Below the pieces are notes generated by a model. That model ran no database searches. It was not told where the DNA came from and was given only the letters and a program-made list of their open reading frames with translations. Made by a program: the position numbers and the translations under genes. From an uncultured virus (IMG/VR IMGVR_UViG_3300048930_000898) (Duplodnaviria; Heunggongvirae; Uroviricota; Caudoviricetes), in IMG/VR virus record IMGVR_UViG_3300048930_000898: a DNA stretch of 64,000 nucleotides. One strand, 5' to 3'. Shown here in pieces: positions 43,345 to 53,781 of the stretch. Each line of letters begins with the position of its first letter. Position 1 is the stretch's first letter.

Positions 43345-46241
43345 TGGAAACTAAAAAACCATTTACATTAACACCTTTATTCTCTGAAGATCAGGGGTTT
43401 AATGTGCCCAGTGTGGAAGATACTTCTGAACTTAATCTTCCAGAAGCTACAGATGAACAAGCAATGGAAACATCTGAAAGTGCTGCCCAACAAGCAATTA
43501 CACCTATTTTCTCTGAAGACGCTGGATTTGATGTAAAACCTCTTGAAATTGAAGAAAGTTCTCCAATTAATACGGATGAAATAGAACAAAGTGAATCTTT
43601 AGCAAAGAAAGCATATAGACTGGCCGACGTTGCTGGAGAAGGTCTACTTAGAGGATGGAAATCTGAAATTCAATCCGGTATTGAAAACGTTGTACTTCCT
43701 GAATACCTCGGAAGAGAATTTGATTATAAAGATGTCCTTCCTTTTCTTAAGTCAGAAGAAGAAAAAGCAGATGATTTAGCTGCTCAGCGTGAAGGTTTTG
43801 AAAGATATCAACCTTCTAAAGAGAAATACGAACAGTTTACAGAGCAGACTAAAGAGATGATGCCTAGAGCAGCATATGTAACTGAACTTGGTGGAGCATT
43901 ATTACCATATGCTCTGGTCGGACCCGGAGCTGGCGTTGCTGCAAATGCTGCCCTCGGTGGAGTAGAAGGTGCTGTAACGGCCGCTGGTAAATCTGAAGCA
44001 GATATTGGTAGTGATGACTTTTTAAAAGACACTGCAACCGGGGCTGCAATCGGAACCGCTCTTGGTGGTGCCGGTTCAAAATTAATGAAAGTTTCACCTA
44101 GATTAGCAACCGCAGGGTTAATGGGAGCGGCTGCTACTCCAGTATTAACAGGAGAAGTAGACCCTTCGCAAATGGCCGCAGGTGGAACCGCTGCCCTTCT
44201 TGCTGCGCTAGCCACAAGGGGTAGATCTGCAGCAACAGCAACTCCTCCCACAACGTTGGTCGGTAAAGCTTATCAATATGCAAAAGAAGGTCTTGATTTA
44301 ACAAGTCCGGAAGCAATTGAAGTTGCTAAAGATAAAGTTGTAAAAAATGCAGTTGAAGTTGCTGAATCAGTAAAAAAGAATTCTGAAATTGCAGGCAAAC
44401 AAGCAACTGATACCATATTTAGCTTTTTTGATGATCAAGTACAACAATTAGGAAACTTAATATCAAAGGGCTCTGAAAATAAAGATGCTATATTAAAGTC
44501 TCTTAAAACCAAAGTCTGGAAAGACCTCGAAACTCATATTCAAAAGTTTAAAGCCGCACACCCTGGCAAAGAAGTCGAAATTGGTGATGTATTTGAAACT
44601 GCAGCAAGTGCTTTGAGAAAGGGCGCTAAAGAAGCCCTTACTGATCCTGCTGAGATTCAAGCAGCAAATAAGACTATTGACATTATTAACAATGTTGGTA
44701 AGATTAAAGATAACAATATAGCTGTTGCTATTAAAGAAATCTATTCACCTTTAAGCAAAACTCCTCAAGTTACTAAAACTATTGAGGGCGTTACAGATCC
44801 TGTTGAAAGACGGGTATTAGAAAGCTTAACTCCAGATGAATTGCAACAAGCTGGATTTCAACAAACCACTAGGCCTTTTAAAACAATAGAAAAACCTGAA
44901 ACAATTACAAGGACAGCTGGAACTTCCGTTGGAGATGAAAGTTTAACAGTTCGAACCGCTGGAGATACTCCAGTTCAAACAGATAGAACTGTTTTTGGTC
45001 GAGAAACTCCAGAGGCATTACAACAAAGACTAGAGACCCCATTTGCTTCTCAGACAGATGACGCTTTACCTTCTTCTTTTGTTTCTGAAAGCACAAAGCC
45101 CGCTCAGGTTGTTACTGCTACAAATAGGGTATTTGAAAGAATGTTCCCTGGTAGATCTGATTTAAAAGCAGTATCTTTAGATGAAATACTAGATGCAAAC
45201 ATCAAGCTTAATGAAATTATTGGTTCCTCTAAGTCTGACTATACTAAACGAGTTCTTTTAAACGCTAAAGATCAGCTTGCTAAAAGAGAACAAAGCTTAA
45301 CCGCTGGTACTGAGTTTAAAGATGTTGTGTCTAGAAGAGAACTTTACGGTGCATTGAAAGATGCTGAAAGTCTTTTAAATACAGATAATTCTGCTCAATT
45401 GTTTAAATTAGTAGACGACATGCTTGCTGCTCAAAAAGAAGGTCGATTTACTGATTATGCAAAAGCTTTTAATTCTATTAAAAATGTAAACCCAGAATAT
45501 GCGCGCAACTTAGAGAATATTCTCTTAGAAAAAGGCGGAACCTGGAGGAATTTGATTGCTCAACAAAAAGCAAATCCCTTACAAAAAGTAGAAACTCTTG
45601 CTGCTGAAGGTATTGAATTACCAAAGCAAGTTCAAAGTGCTTCTCAGATATTACAAGAAATGGAAGCTCTTAAAAAGTCAGCAGGAACTGTTTCACCAGT
45701 AACTGGTCGCCCTACGGCAGAAGCATTTAAATTTGCAGAGAACCTTGGAGAATTACAAGGCGGAAGAGCATATGATCCAAAGCTTGCTGCTGAATTAAAA
45801 TCTTCTATTAACATCATTAAAGACTATGATCCTGATCTTGCACAAAAGCTTTTAACAGAAGGCGCAAAAGATGCCGATGTACTTAGAATTATTAAGATTT
45901 TAAGAGGAGAATCAGACCTTGGATTCATCCCTTCTACTTTTCAAGGAGCCCTTGTAAAAACCTTGCAAGTACTCGGGGTTCCTAGACTTGCATATGCAGC
46001 AGGAAAAACTGTTGGTAAAGTGCAAAGTACTGTTGGCAGCGCAACACAAAAGATATATAACCCTATTAAAAAGGTACAAGACGCCCTACAAAGCGAAGTA
46101 AACGTGTTTGGTAGATTTGATACCCCACTTAAAAACGCAATGAACAGAGGAGAAGGTTCTCTTAGAGCAACAGTATACATGCTTTCTCAACAATTTCCAG
46201 AGTTTAGAGAAATGTTGAACGAGTTTGAAAAAGAAGAGTAA
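43344..46241 (+). CDS. Large internal virion/ejection protein
   Basis: 965 aa with G/A-rich hydrophobic segments typical of DNA-transfer proteins. Confidence 0.65.
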   Translation: METKKPFTLTPLFSEDQGFNVPSVEDTSELNLPEATDEQAMETSESAAQQAITPIFSEDAGFDVKPLEIEESSPINTDEIEQSESLAKKAYRLADVAGEGLLRGWKSEIQSGIENVVLPEYLGREFDYKDVLPFLKSEEEKADDLAAQREGFERYQPSKEKYEQFTEQTKEMMPRAAYVTELGGALLPYALVGPGAGVAANAALGGVEGAVTAAGKSEADIGSDDFLKDTATGAAIGTALGGAGSKLMKVSPRLATAGLMGAAATPVLTGEVDPSQMAAGGTAALLAALATRGRSAATATPPTTLVGKAYQYAKEGLDLTSPEAIEVAKDKVVKNAVEVAESVKKNSEIAGKQATDTIFSFFDDQVQQLGNLISKGSENKDAILKSLKTKVWKDLETHIQKFKAAHPGKEVEIGDVFETAASALRKGAKEALTDPAEIQAANKTIDIINNVGKIKDNNIAVAIKEIYSPLSKTPQVTKTIEGVTDPVERRVLESLTPDELQQAGFQQTTRPFKTIEKPETITRTAGTSVGDESLTVRTAGDTPVQTDRTVFGRETPEALQQRLETPFASQTDDALPSSFVSESTKPAQVVTATNRVFERMFPGRSDLKAVSLDEILDANIKLNEIIGSSKSDYTKRVLLNAKDQLAKREQSLTAGTEFKDVVSRRELYGALKDAESLLNTDNSAQLFKLVDDMLAAQKEGRFTDYAKAFNSIKNVNPEYARNLENILLEKGGTWRNLIAQQKANPLQKVETLAAEGIELPKQVQSASQILQEMEALKKSAGTVSPVTGRPTAEAFKFAENLGELQGGRAYDPKLAAELKSSINIIKDYDPDLAQKLLTEGAKDADVLRIIKILRGESDLGFIPSTFQGALVKTLQVLGVPRLAYAAGKTVGKVQSTVGSATQKIYNPIKKVQDALQSEVNVFGRFDTPLKNAMNRGEGSLRATVYMLSQQFPEFREMLNEFEKEE

Positions 46242-46253
46242 TTAGAGGTAGTT

Positions 46254-46529
46254 ATGGATAATAATAAGTTATTTGATTTGTTAGAGAAAATTGATAATAA
46301 AGTTGATATTCTTGCAATTGAACAAGGTAAACAAGAAATTATTAACTTGTCAAATCATGAAGAATTGCGTAAAATAAGAGAAGATGTAAATTATCATATC
46401 AAACGAACTAATCTTCTTGAAGAACAAGTAACAAAGATTCGAGGATTTGTTTTTTATGTTAGTTTAACAATTGGCGCAATAGGTGCAGTAACTACTATTC
46501 TTTCAAACGTGTGGTCTGTTTTTAGATAA
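46254..46529 (+). CDS. Coiled-coil protein with C-terminal TM helix (holin/XhlA-like)
   Basis: Coiled coil followed by FVFYVSLTIGAIGAVTTIL. Confidence 0.6.
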   Translation: MDNNKLFDLLEKIDNKVDILAIEQGKQEIINLSNHEELRKIREDVNYHIKRTNLLEEQVTKIRGFVFYVSLTIGAIGAVTTILSNVWSVFR

Positions 46530-46541
46530 AGGAATGACTGG

Positions 46542-46853
46542 ATGTATAAATTACCCGAAGATGAGTTATTAAACCAGGCTGCTGCTTCCGAAGGGGCTCT
46601 AAATCAAGAAGAAAAACTTGACGGTATTAAAAATGTCATCAAAAATCTAATCGGAACTAAAACGTCGACACAGCCCGATTCGCCTGTAACGGTTCAACAA
46701 GAAAATATGCCTAAAAGACCGGTAGATGTTCCTTCAAACATTGAAGCTCCTAAGGCCATGGACTATGGTAATTTTGAAACAGCAGAACCTGTTAATATTG
46801 ATTTTGAAAACAAGCTTGCTATTTTAAGAAAAATGACAGGAATGAAGGAGTAA
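46542..46853 (+). CDS. Hypothetical protein
   Basis: ORF with SD. Confidence 0.7.
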   Translation: MYKLPEDELLNQAAASEGALNQEEKLDGIKNVIKNLIGTKTSTQPDSPVTVQQENMPKRPVDVPSNIEAPKAMDYGNFETAEPVNIDFENKLAILRKMTGMKE

Positions 46854-46857
46854 TAAA

Positions 46858-47175
46858 ATGAAACCATCTATCAGACTTCCTGTAGTTTTTGAATTAAATA
46901 CTCTTACTGTAAATTGTTTAAAACTAAGCGGCATAGGTTCTACTAAAGAAGAGGCATTTCAAGACATCCTGTCAAACAATCCAGATTTTTATTCTATGTT
47001 AAAAGACGGAAGTTTTGACTACATTGGAGACCACCTGGGTGTTATTGTTGTAAAAACTGATAAACTATATGATAAGCTTCTTGAGATTGAACCCCTTCCA
47101 GTTGAAGTTAAAAAACCTAAGAATAAGAATTTAAAAGATGTATCTCCGGAGGACGTAGTAAAATACGGTTATTAA
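46858..47175 (+). CDS. Hypothetical protein
   Basis: ORF with AAGGAG. Confidence 0.7.
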   Translation: MKPSIRLPVVFELNTLTVNCLKLSGIGSTKEEAFQDILSNNPDFYSMLKDGSFDYIGDHLGVIVVKTDKLYDKLLEIEPLPVEVKKPKNKNLKDVSPEDVVKYGY

Positions 47176-47177
47176 CA

Positions 47178-48821
47178 ATGGCAACACCATTTGATCTTTT
47201 TCAACAAATGGCTCCGGATATCAATTCTTTAGATAGATTTGATCAAGAAGCCTATCGTCAGCAACAACAAAGAATGTTTGCTGATACTTTTAAAGATCAA
47301 CTTCTTAATCTAAAAAATCAATACGAAGTTTCTCAAATGGCAGCCGAAGATGAGGCCGCTTTAAATGAGGCAACAAACACTTTAAATATTTTAAATCAAC
47401 AAACTCCAGTTTTACAAAATTCATTTAAACAAGCAGAATCTTCTTTTTTAACTCAGCAAAATAATGTTCTTAAAGAACAAAATTTGATGAATTCTATAAA
47501 TACTGAATATAGAAGTTTAAAAAATCTAGAAAGCTCTTTAACTCAACAAGCTAGAAATGAGCAAGCAAAAGCCGATGCTATCTTTCAAAAAACGCTTAGT
47601 GCCATACCTGTTAGTACAAGCACTACGGCAAGAATGAGAGAAAATGAAGCAAGAAAAAGATTAGCAAATAATAGAATTTACCAACAACATCTTAGAAACG
47701 TTAATAATAATTATACACAAGCAAAAGCTGCGTCAACTAAAGCAAATGTTTTATCATCGCAGTCCATTGCACAACAAGCAAAACTAGCAACTGCTCAAAA
47801 AAATCTACAACAAGCACAACAACAGTTTCAAGTTGTAAATCAACAACTTAATCAACATAAACAACAAGTTCAAACGCTAGGAAATGAAGTTCAGAATTTT
47901 AATCAAACAATGGGTAACGCTTCTGCAGCTGCAAATGAAGCTGTAGCAAAGGCCAATGAAATACAGCAAAAAATTCAATCTTTTCAAGCAAATAGTGAAC
48001 CTTTGAAAGAGCTTCAGACAAAGATAGAAGGCGACTACGAAACTTCCGCTAAAGCTTCTGCAGAAGAACTTAAAAAACTTGCTGAAAATAAATTTGATGT
48101 TGTTACTCAAAGAAACTTACAAAATTTATTAGATCAAAGAGCAGAACAGCTGGCTCAAACCTTTGGTAAAAACTCCGAAGATGTCAAAAAGGAACTTTCT
48201 AACACACTTCAAGAACCATTGGAAAATCAATTTACAAGGGAACAGTTTAATCAATTTATGGGAATTGAAGCTGCGACCCAAGCTCAGCAACCTAGGCTTC
48301 AAGAAACTGCCGATTTAAGACAAGACGTTGAACCTATAGCGCCTGTAGTTCAGTCTCAACAACCCGAGGCTTTGCAAACTGAAACTCCGCCAGTGGTTCA
48401 AAGTCAACCTGTACAACCGCAACCTGTGGCCCCTCAAGTTCAACAGGCAGCACAAACTCAACAAAGTGGAATGCCGACCATGCCTCAGGCTCCAGCTCCG
48501 GTACAAAACACAGCTCAGCCGCAGCAAACAGGAATGCCAGCTACTCCATTCGGGTCAATTTCTGACCCGATTAAACAGGGTTTTCAAAGGCAAATTCAAA
48601 AAGGATTTCAAAGCGCCATGAAAATAAAGTCAACTCCTGCACCTAAGGTTGATAATAGAAATGCTGTAATTCAGCAATCTTTAGGAATGCAGACTAGTGG
48701 TCCAAAACCTGTTAGCCAGTCAAAACCCAGGGTGGCTTCTGAAGATAAAGGTTCAAATATTTCAACAGTCCAATCACAAAACACTTTAACTAAAAACGTC
48801 GGAAGGCGAATGATAAAATAA
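47178..48821 (+). CDS. Gln-rich coiled-coil protein
   Basis: 547-aa ORF, Q/A-rich with P/Q tail. Confidence 0.75.
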   Translation: MATPFDLFQQMAPDINSLDRFDQEAYRQQQQRMFADTFKDQLLNLKNQYEVSQMAAEDEAALNEATNTLNILNQQTPVLQNSFKQAESSFLTQQNNVLKEQNLMNSINTEYRSLKNLESSLTQQARNEQAKADAIFQKTLSAIPVSTSTTARMRENEARKRLANNRIYQQHLRNVNNNYTQAKAASTKANVLSSQSIAQQAKLATAQKNLQQAQQQFQVVNQQLNQHKQQVQTLGNEVQNFNQTMGNASAAANEAVAKANEIQQKIQSFQANSEPLKELQTKIEGDYETSAKASAEELKKLAENKFDVVTQRNLQNLLDQRAEQLAQTFGKNSEDVKKELSNTLQEPLENQFTREQFNQFMGIEAATQAQQPRLQETADLRQDVEPIAPVVQSQQPEALQTETPPVVQSQPVQPQPVAPQVQQAAQTQQSGMPTMPQAPAPVQNTAQPQQTGMPATPFGSISDPIKQGFQRQIQKGFQSAMKIKSTPAPKVDNRNAVIQQSLGMQTSGPKPVSQSKPRVASEDKGSNISTVQSQNTLTKNVGRRMIK

Positions 48822-48826
48822 GGAAA

Positions 48827-49318
48827 ATGAAGATGAAAAACGAAATGGATCTAAAAAAAGCACTAGAAGCATTAAAGTCTACTCGTCCAGGTATGTCTAG
48901 AGCAGTTGACAGTGAAGCTGAACGTGAGATGTTAAAGTCTACTCGTCCAGGTATGTCTAGAGCAATTGACAGTGAAGGTGAAACTGACATGCAGACTAAG
49001 GCTTTGCGAAGTGCATTAGAATCTTTGAAAAATATGCCCGAGGGATCTTTGTTCACACCTAGAACTGTTGAAGAGACAAGAATGGCACAAAGCGGTCCGA
49101 TTACAAATGAAGAAGCAGACGATGCAATTCAACGACTATATCAATCTGAAGGATTAACTGACGATACGCCTGCAATGCCTCCTCTTAAATCCAAGGCACC
49201 AATGATGGAAGAAGAGACTCCAGTTGAAAACGAAGGAATTTATGGAAGACTATTTGGTGGAAAGTCTACAAGACAAAAACAGCTTGATGAGCTTGAAAAG
49301 AAAGCTCGCGGTGAGTAA
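48827..49318 (+). CDS. Low-complexity protein with a 60-bp internal duplication
   Basis: LKSTRPGMSRA(V/I)DSE twice (48872-48991). Confidence 0.75.
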   Translation: MKMKNEMDLKKALEALKSTRPGMSRAVDSEAEREMLKSTRPGMSRAIDSEGETDMQTKALRSALESLKNMPEGSLFTPRTVEETRMAQSGPITNEEADDAIQRLYQSEGLTDDTPAMPPLKSKAPMMEEETPVENEGIYGRLFGGKSTRQKQLDELEKKARGE

Positions 49319-50145
49319 TGAAAAAGTTAAAAGCTAAGCTTAAAAAACAATTAAAAAACTTAAAATTAAAAAGTAAACTTCAAAGTGTAAAAGAACCTGC
49401 TTTGCATGCCGCAAGGAATGTTACAGTGTTTGTATTATGCTTAGTTACAGCATTATCTTCTGCATTGGTTGCAGATAGAGGACATAAAGAATATCTAGAA
49501 CATGTAATTGGTGATCAGGTATTATATGTAGAAAGTATGCCCGATAGCAAACTAAAAGGTTCAGCAACCGGGTTTCACGTAAAAGCAAAATCGGGTAATG
49601 TTGTATTTATCACAAATGCTCACGTTTGTGAATTAGGTAACGATAAAGGTATGATTATGGTCCGTGATAAACTTAACAGTGGTCGAGGTGTTCCTCGTCG
49701 TATTCTAGAAGTATACGAACATAATGATCTTTGCGCAGTAGAACCACTCCCAGGGTATAAAGGTTTAACAGTAGCCAGCGATCTAGATGTTGGAGAACCT
49801 GTATGGGCAATAGGATATCCATTAGGTGAGAGTTTAAATATTTCCAATGGTCGAGTAAAAGACTTTGGAACTACTACTCTTTCTGTTAATATCCCGATGG
49901 ATCAGTGTGTCGGTCCTAATCTTCAAAAAGGACAGGTTCAATTCTGGTTTTTTATTGTTGATGTGTGTTTGATAACATATAAATTAGTTCAAACTGATAT
50001 CGTTATTTATGGCGGAAATAGTGGAAGCCCAATGCTTAATATCTTCGGTAATGTAACCGGTGTAGTATTTGCTGCTAACACTAGAACGAACTGGGGCCGA
50101 TCCGTACCTTTAGAGCATTTAAACGATTTGCTTAGTGCATATTAA
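49318..50145 (+). CDS. Trypsin-like (S1) serine protease with N-terminal membrane anchor
   Basis: TNAHV, DL, GNSGSP catalytic motifs. Confidence 0.92.
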   Translation: MKKLKAKLKKQLKNLKLKSKLQSVKEPALHAARNVTVFVLCLVTALSSALVADRGHKEYLEHVIGDQVLYVESMPDSKLKGSATGFHVKAKSGNVVFITNAHVCELGNDKGMIMVRDKLNSGRGVPRRILEVYEHNDLCAVEPLPGYKGLTVASDLDVGEPVWAIGYPLGESLNISNGRVKDFGTTTLSVNIPMDQCVGPNLQKGQVQFWFFIVDVCLITYKLVQTDIVIYGGNSGSPMLNIFGNVTGVVFAANTRTNWGRSVPLEHLNDLLSAY

Positions 50146-50162
50146 TCTTTAAGGAGATAATA

Positions 50163-50519
50163 ATGTCAGATCAAAACTGGGAAAGAATTCAAAGAGAAAA
50201 ACTTGAACGTCTTAAGCGGATTCAAGAAGAAAATAGCCGTCGCCAACGAGCTATGCAACTTGAAGAGCAAGAAGAATCAATGAATGATGAACTTAAGAAA
50301 AAAGCTCTTGAACATCTTTCAAAAGGCGGAAAATCGGAAGATCTTTTCTATAAAGAGAAACCCAAGCTGGTTATTGGTGTGCCTCGCGGTGAAGGTGAAA
50401 CTGAAGTAAATCAAAAGCTTAAAGACACTGCAAAATCTGTAAGAAAAGGATTTAGAACAAAACAAGATGATGAAGATGCTCCCCTAATGGATAAAATTAG
50501 AAAAAAACTAGGGTTTTAA
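50163..50519 (+). CDS. Charged hypothetical protein
   Basis: AAGGAG SD, ORF. Confidence 0.7.
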   Translation: MSDQNWERIQREKLERLKRIQEENSRRQRAMQLEEQEESMNDELKKKALEHLSKGGKSEDLFYKEKPKLVIGVPRGEGETEVNQKLKDTAKSVRKGFRTKQDDEDAPLMDKIRKKLGF

Positions 50520-50575
50520 TATGGATAATCAGCCTCCCAGTACTTTAAACATTAGACCCCTTTTAAAGGAGCGCT

Positions 50576-51112
50576 ATGCAGGTAAGACTAAAGGATCTTC
50601 TGAATCTTATACTGACCGCTATTTTAGGCTCAAAAAATACCTCTATTCATCAAAAAAACCCCCAAAAGACCAGCGAAAATAAGAAAGTCGAGGCTAAGCC
50701 GGTGGCAATTGAAATTTCAGCTTATTTTAGCGATCCTAAGAGCGGAAACGATAGGCGTTTACAGTATCCTGATGATTATACTAATGAAATTCTAGCAAAC
50801 GCTAAAATAACACTAGAAAAGGTAAACTCGTTACTAGAAGAGCTTGGTATGCTTAGCTGCCAGGTTAGCTCAGGATGGAGACCCCCTTCTGTTAATAAAG
50901 CAATAGGTGGGGCTAAACGGTCTTTACATACTCAAGGAAAAGCAATCGACATTCGCGACGGCGATGGTAGTATTGCTAAAACAATTGAAGATAGACCAGA
51001 TTTACTTAAAAAATACGATCTATGGCTTGAAGACCCATCTTTTACTAAGGGATGGTGTCATTTAGACTGGGGTACTAGAACAGATCGTCCCAGCAGGATG
51101 TTTAAACCTTAA
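50576..51112 (+). CDS. Peptidase M15A family endolysin
   Basis: SSGWR...N..IGGA.RSLH..GKAID...WCHLD. Confidence 0.88.
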   Translation: MQVRLKDLLNLILTAILGSKNTSIHQKNPQKTSENKKVEAKPVAIEISAYFSDPKSGNDRRLQYPDDYTNEILANAKITLEKVNSLLEELGMLSCQVSSGWRPPSVNKAIGGAKRSLHTQGKAIDIRDGDGSIAKTIEDRPDLLKKYDLWLEDPSFTKGWCHLDWGTRTDRPSRMFKP

Positions 51113-51743
51113 AAGTAATAATTGATTCAGTAACAAGAGAGTATTCGTTAGTTAATACTGATCCATTGTAACATTTAATACCTTCAAATTCTGCCTCACC
51201 GCGACCACTGTGAATGTGTCCGCACACAAAATACTTAGGTTTTTTTAAAATCAAAGCATTCCTTAAATCATTACATCCTGGTTTTTCAAGATTTCCTGGA
51301 ATGTTATCTAAAACACCATTAGGTGGACTATGACAAATTACAATATCCATGCCTTCGGGGATAGCCTGTCTTAATCTCATCATTCTATCAGTATGACGAT
51401 CTACCATGAAAGCCCACAGTCCGAAAGTGGGAGACCAGGGAGTGCCGTATATCTTAAGACCATCAACTACATATTCTTCGTCTTCCAGGTAAGTACAATT
51501 AGATAGAGTTTCTTTTGCCCATCGTTTACCGTGATGTTGAATACATTGATCATGATTACCAGCGACAACAATGATCTTTTCTTTAGGCAAATGTAGAGTA
51601 CCACACCATTCATTAAAAGAGGAAAGTTCGCCCTCATTTCCGTGAATTGTTATATCCCCAGCATGAATAAGAAGATCTATATCATTAGGTATAACCAGTT
51701 GTTTATGTTTATTATGAGTATCTGAAATTAAACCTATTAGCAT
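51102..51743 (-). CDS. Calcineurin-like metallophosphoesterase
   Basis: SDTH, HAGD, AGNHD, HSPP, GHIH. Confidence 0.92.
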   Translation of the reverse strand: MLIGLISDTHNKHKQLVIPNDIDLLIHAGDITIHGNEGELSSFNEWCGTLHLPKEKIIVVAGNHDQCIQHHGKRWAKETLSNCTYLEDEEYVVDGLKIYGTPWSPTFGLWAFMVDRHTDRMMRLRQAIPEGMDIVICHSPPNGVLDNIPGNLEKPGCNDLRNALILKKPKYFVCGHIHSGRGEAEFEGIKCYNGSVLTNEYSLVTESIITFKV

Positions 51744-51753
51744 ATCTCACCTT

Positions 51754-52302
51754 TTATATTTTAGGAGCCAGTTCTTTAATTAAAAAACAAAACATTCTAA
51801 ATGTATTATAAGCATCATCTTCTGATTTGTGTTTTTTTCCTTGAAAAGCCAGCCCTACCTTGGTCATACTTCTTGCAAGCCCGCTGTATGGTTTTAACTT
51901 ACGAGCAAGTTGTCTAGTAATAAAAATAGTCTTAACATCTAGATGTCTTCTTCCAAAGCACCATTTTTCTCCATCTGGGAGTTGACTTTGTTCAAATAAC
52001 AACTGAGAATCACCACCGCCCCATGTTACTGGGTTTATAAAACTGTTATACTTTAAGTGCTCGGCAGCTAAGATTCTATATCCATCTAGAACTGAATCGT
52101 GGCCTATTGTTTCTAGCGTATTATCGGTAATTCCTGTTAATTTGATAATCTCTGGATTAAGTTTAACAGGTGATTTAATATAAATGTCACCCCTTGATAG
52201 AACCTCTTCTGTGTATATATTCCCAATACAATAGCCAATGGAAATAATCCTATTACTAGGTTGATCCATTTCAAGGTCTAATGATGTATAAATTTCACTC
52301 AT
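51754..52302 (-). CDS. DEDDh 3'-5' exonuclease
   Basis: DLE, LTGI, WGGGD, H....DA.NT. Confidence 0.85.
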   Translation of the reverse strand: MSEIYTSLDLEMDQPSNRIISIGYCIGNIYTEEVLSRGDIYIKSPVKLNPEIIKLTGITDNTLETIGHDSVLDGYRILAAEHLKYNSFINPVTWGGGDSQLLFEQSQLPDGEKWCFGRRHLDVKTIFITRQLARKLKPYSGLARSMTKVGLAFQGKKHKSEDDAYNTFRMFCFLIKELAPKI

Positions 52303-52499
52303 AGTTTTACATAGTTAGAATGTACAAGTAAAAGTCCAAAAATAAATAAGCTGATTAAAAATATAATTCTTCCCATCCTCAGTGCTTTTTTCAGTATAAT
52401 TGGTCTTTCTTCTATAAGATATGCCGACAATAATACACCTAAGGTCATAGGACCAGATATTAAAACAAGACAAAGAGAAATTAATGCAATGTATCGCAT
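52299..52499 (-). CDS. Small membrane protein
   Basis: Two TM helices. Confidence 0.6.
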   Translation of the reverse strand: MRYIALISLCLVLISGPMTLGVLLSAYLIEERPIILKKALRMGRIIFLISLFIFGLLLVHSNYVKL

Positions 52500-52697
52500 T
52501 TAAATAATTCCTCGTTTTCTTAATGCTTTGTATAATATCTCATGATAATAGTAAAGAACACTGGAAAGAATGCTATAAATAACAGTTAATTCAATGGCAA
52601 TTGAAAACTGGCCAGTATAAAGATATGTAATTGTAAATCCCATGGTCATGGACAATAATCGCCACGTTATTGTTTTATATAAACTTTTCTTACTCAT
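52500..52697 (-). CDS. DUF2061-like membrane protein
   Basis: KSL.KTITWR...YY.HE. Confidence 0.75.
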   Translation of the reverse strand: MSKKSLYKTITWRLLSMTMGFTITYLYTGQFSIAIELTVIYSILSSVLYYYHEILYKALRKRGII

Positions 52698-53296
52698 TTC
52701 TCTTCTTCTGATCTATAGAGATAATCGTCTGTTTCGCCAACAGACCAATTCGTTTCATCCACAAGATATTCAGTAGTATTGATCTTGTATCCCATAGCAG
52801 CTGCGTTACCTTTAACAAGACTGCTGTCATTGAAGACAACACGATTATTTGGATACGCAACCAAGTGACCGCTATCCAGTTCGATAATGTGAGCACATTT
52901 ATGTTCGTTCGGAGTGTCTGAAAGATCACCTTGACCTTCGTAGTCAATCGTGAAACGATAGATACCTTTTTCAGTTTTACCGTTTCTGAGTCTAACGCTA
53001 CAGGCCATGCGCCGAAGAAATTTGAACTCTGTGACTGATACATTGGTAGAAATGTTTGACCATAACTGCGCGTCAGATAAAGATAACCATCCGTCTTCTT
53101 CGGTTGTTTTAAGCGCAGAGATAGGGAGTCCCCAGTAACTTGCTCCGCTTTCAAGGAGGACGTGGAACTGGAGTGCCTTGTGGTGCGGCGCTTTCGCCGC
53201 GTAGAGCCAGCCTCTTTCACTGCCTTCTTTTTTTTTGCCATCCGTCACTGCCCATCTTGCTACGTAAACTTCCATATATGGTAGATTAATATTCAT
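52694..53296 (-). CDS. Conserved phage hypothetical protein
   Basis: FHVLLESGA....LPISA...FTID...EHKC...ELD.G....PNNR. Confidence 0.8.
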   Translation of the reverse strand: MNINLPYMEVYVARWAVTDGKKKEGSERGWLYAAKAPHHKALQFHVLLESGASYWGLPISALKTTEEDGWLSLSDAQLWSNISTNVSVTEFKFLRRMACSVRLRNGKTEKGIYRFTIDYEGQGDLSDTPNEHKCAHIIELDSGHLVAYPNNRVVFNDSSLVKGNAAAMGYKINTTEYLVDETNWSVGETDDYLYRSEEEK

Positions 53297-53781
53297 TTTG
53301 TATATAATTCCATAAAAGCGGCATTTCTTGCATCTTCTATATTCATACCCTGGTTTATATACTTTTCAATCGCTCTTTTATAATCCAGGTATTCGATATT
53401 AGCGTCTTCAATTATATTATAATCTAGTCTTCTAATAACGTCAAAAATGTTGTCCCAGTTTTGATTTTCTGTCTTAACATTTTTTATAGTTTCATTTATT
53501 TTATAAAATCTTGTCTGTATATCACGATTTCTAGCATTAGTTAGATCGTATATGACTTTTCTCTTAGCTTTACTTCTTTTTGTCTTTTTTGTTAACTTAT
53601 TGCTATAGTATTCTTCATTGAATACAGAAAGCCATTCTTTATCTTTTTGACTTAATTCTTTATGATAATCTTGATCAACTAAATAACGTGAGCCTCTGCT
53701 AAACGTTCTAGGCTCTAGACCCCAAAGTTTTTTAGTTTTTTGCCTCTTGACCGTCTTCTTTTTCTTTTTTTGACGGCTCAT
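53293..53781 (-). CDS. Basic hypothetical protein
   Basis: ORF; WL..FNEEYY...NARNRD. Confidence 0.7.
   Translation of the reverse strand: MSRQKKKKKTVKRQKTKKLWGLEPRTFSRGSRYLVDQDYHKELSQKDKEWLSVFNEEYYSNKLTKKTKRSKAKRKVIYDLTNARNRDIQTRFYKINETIKNVKTENQNWDNIFDVIRRLDYNIIEDANIEYLDYKRAIEKYINQGMNIEDARNAAFMELYTK

Noticed and set aside
43808..44251. Antisense ORFs inside structural genes (this one and many similar)
   Set aside because: Shadows of biased codon usage on the coding strand
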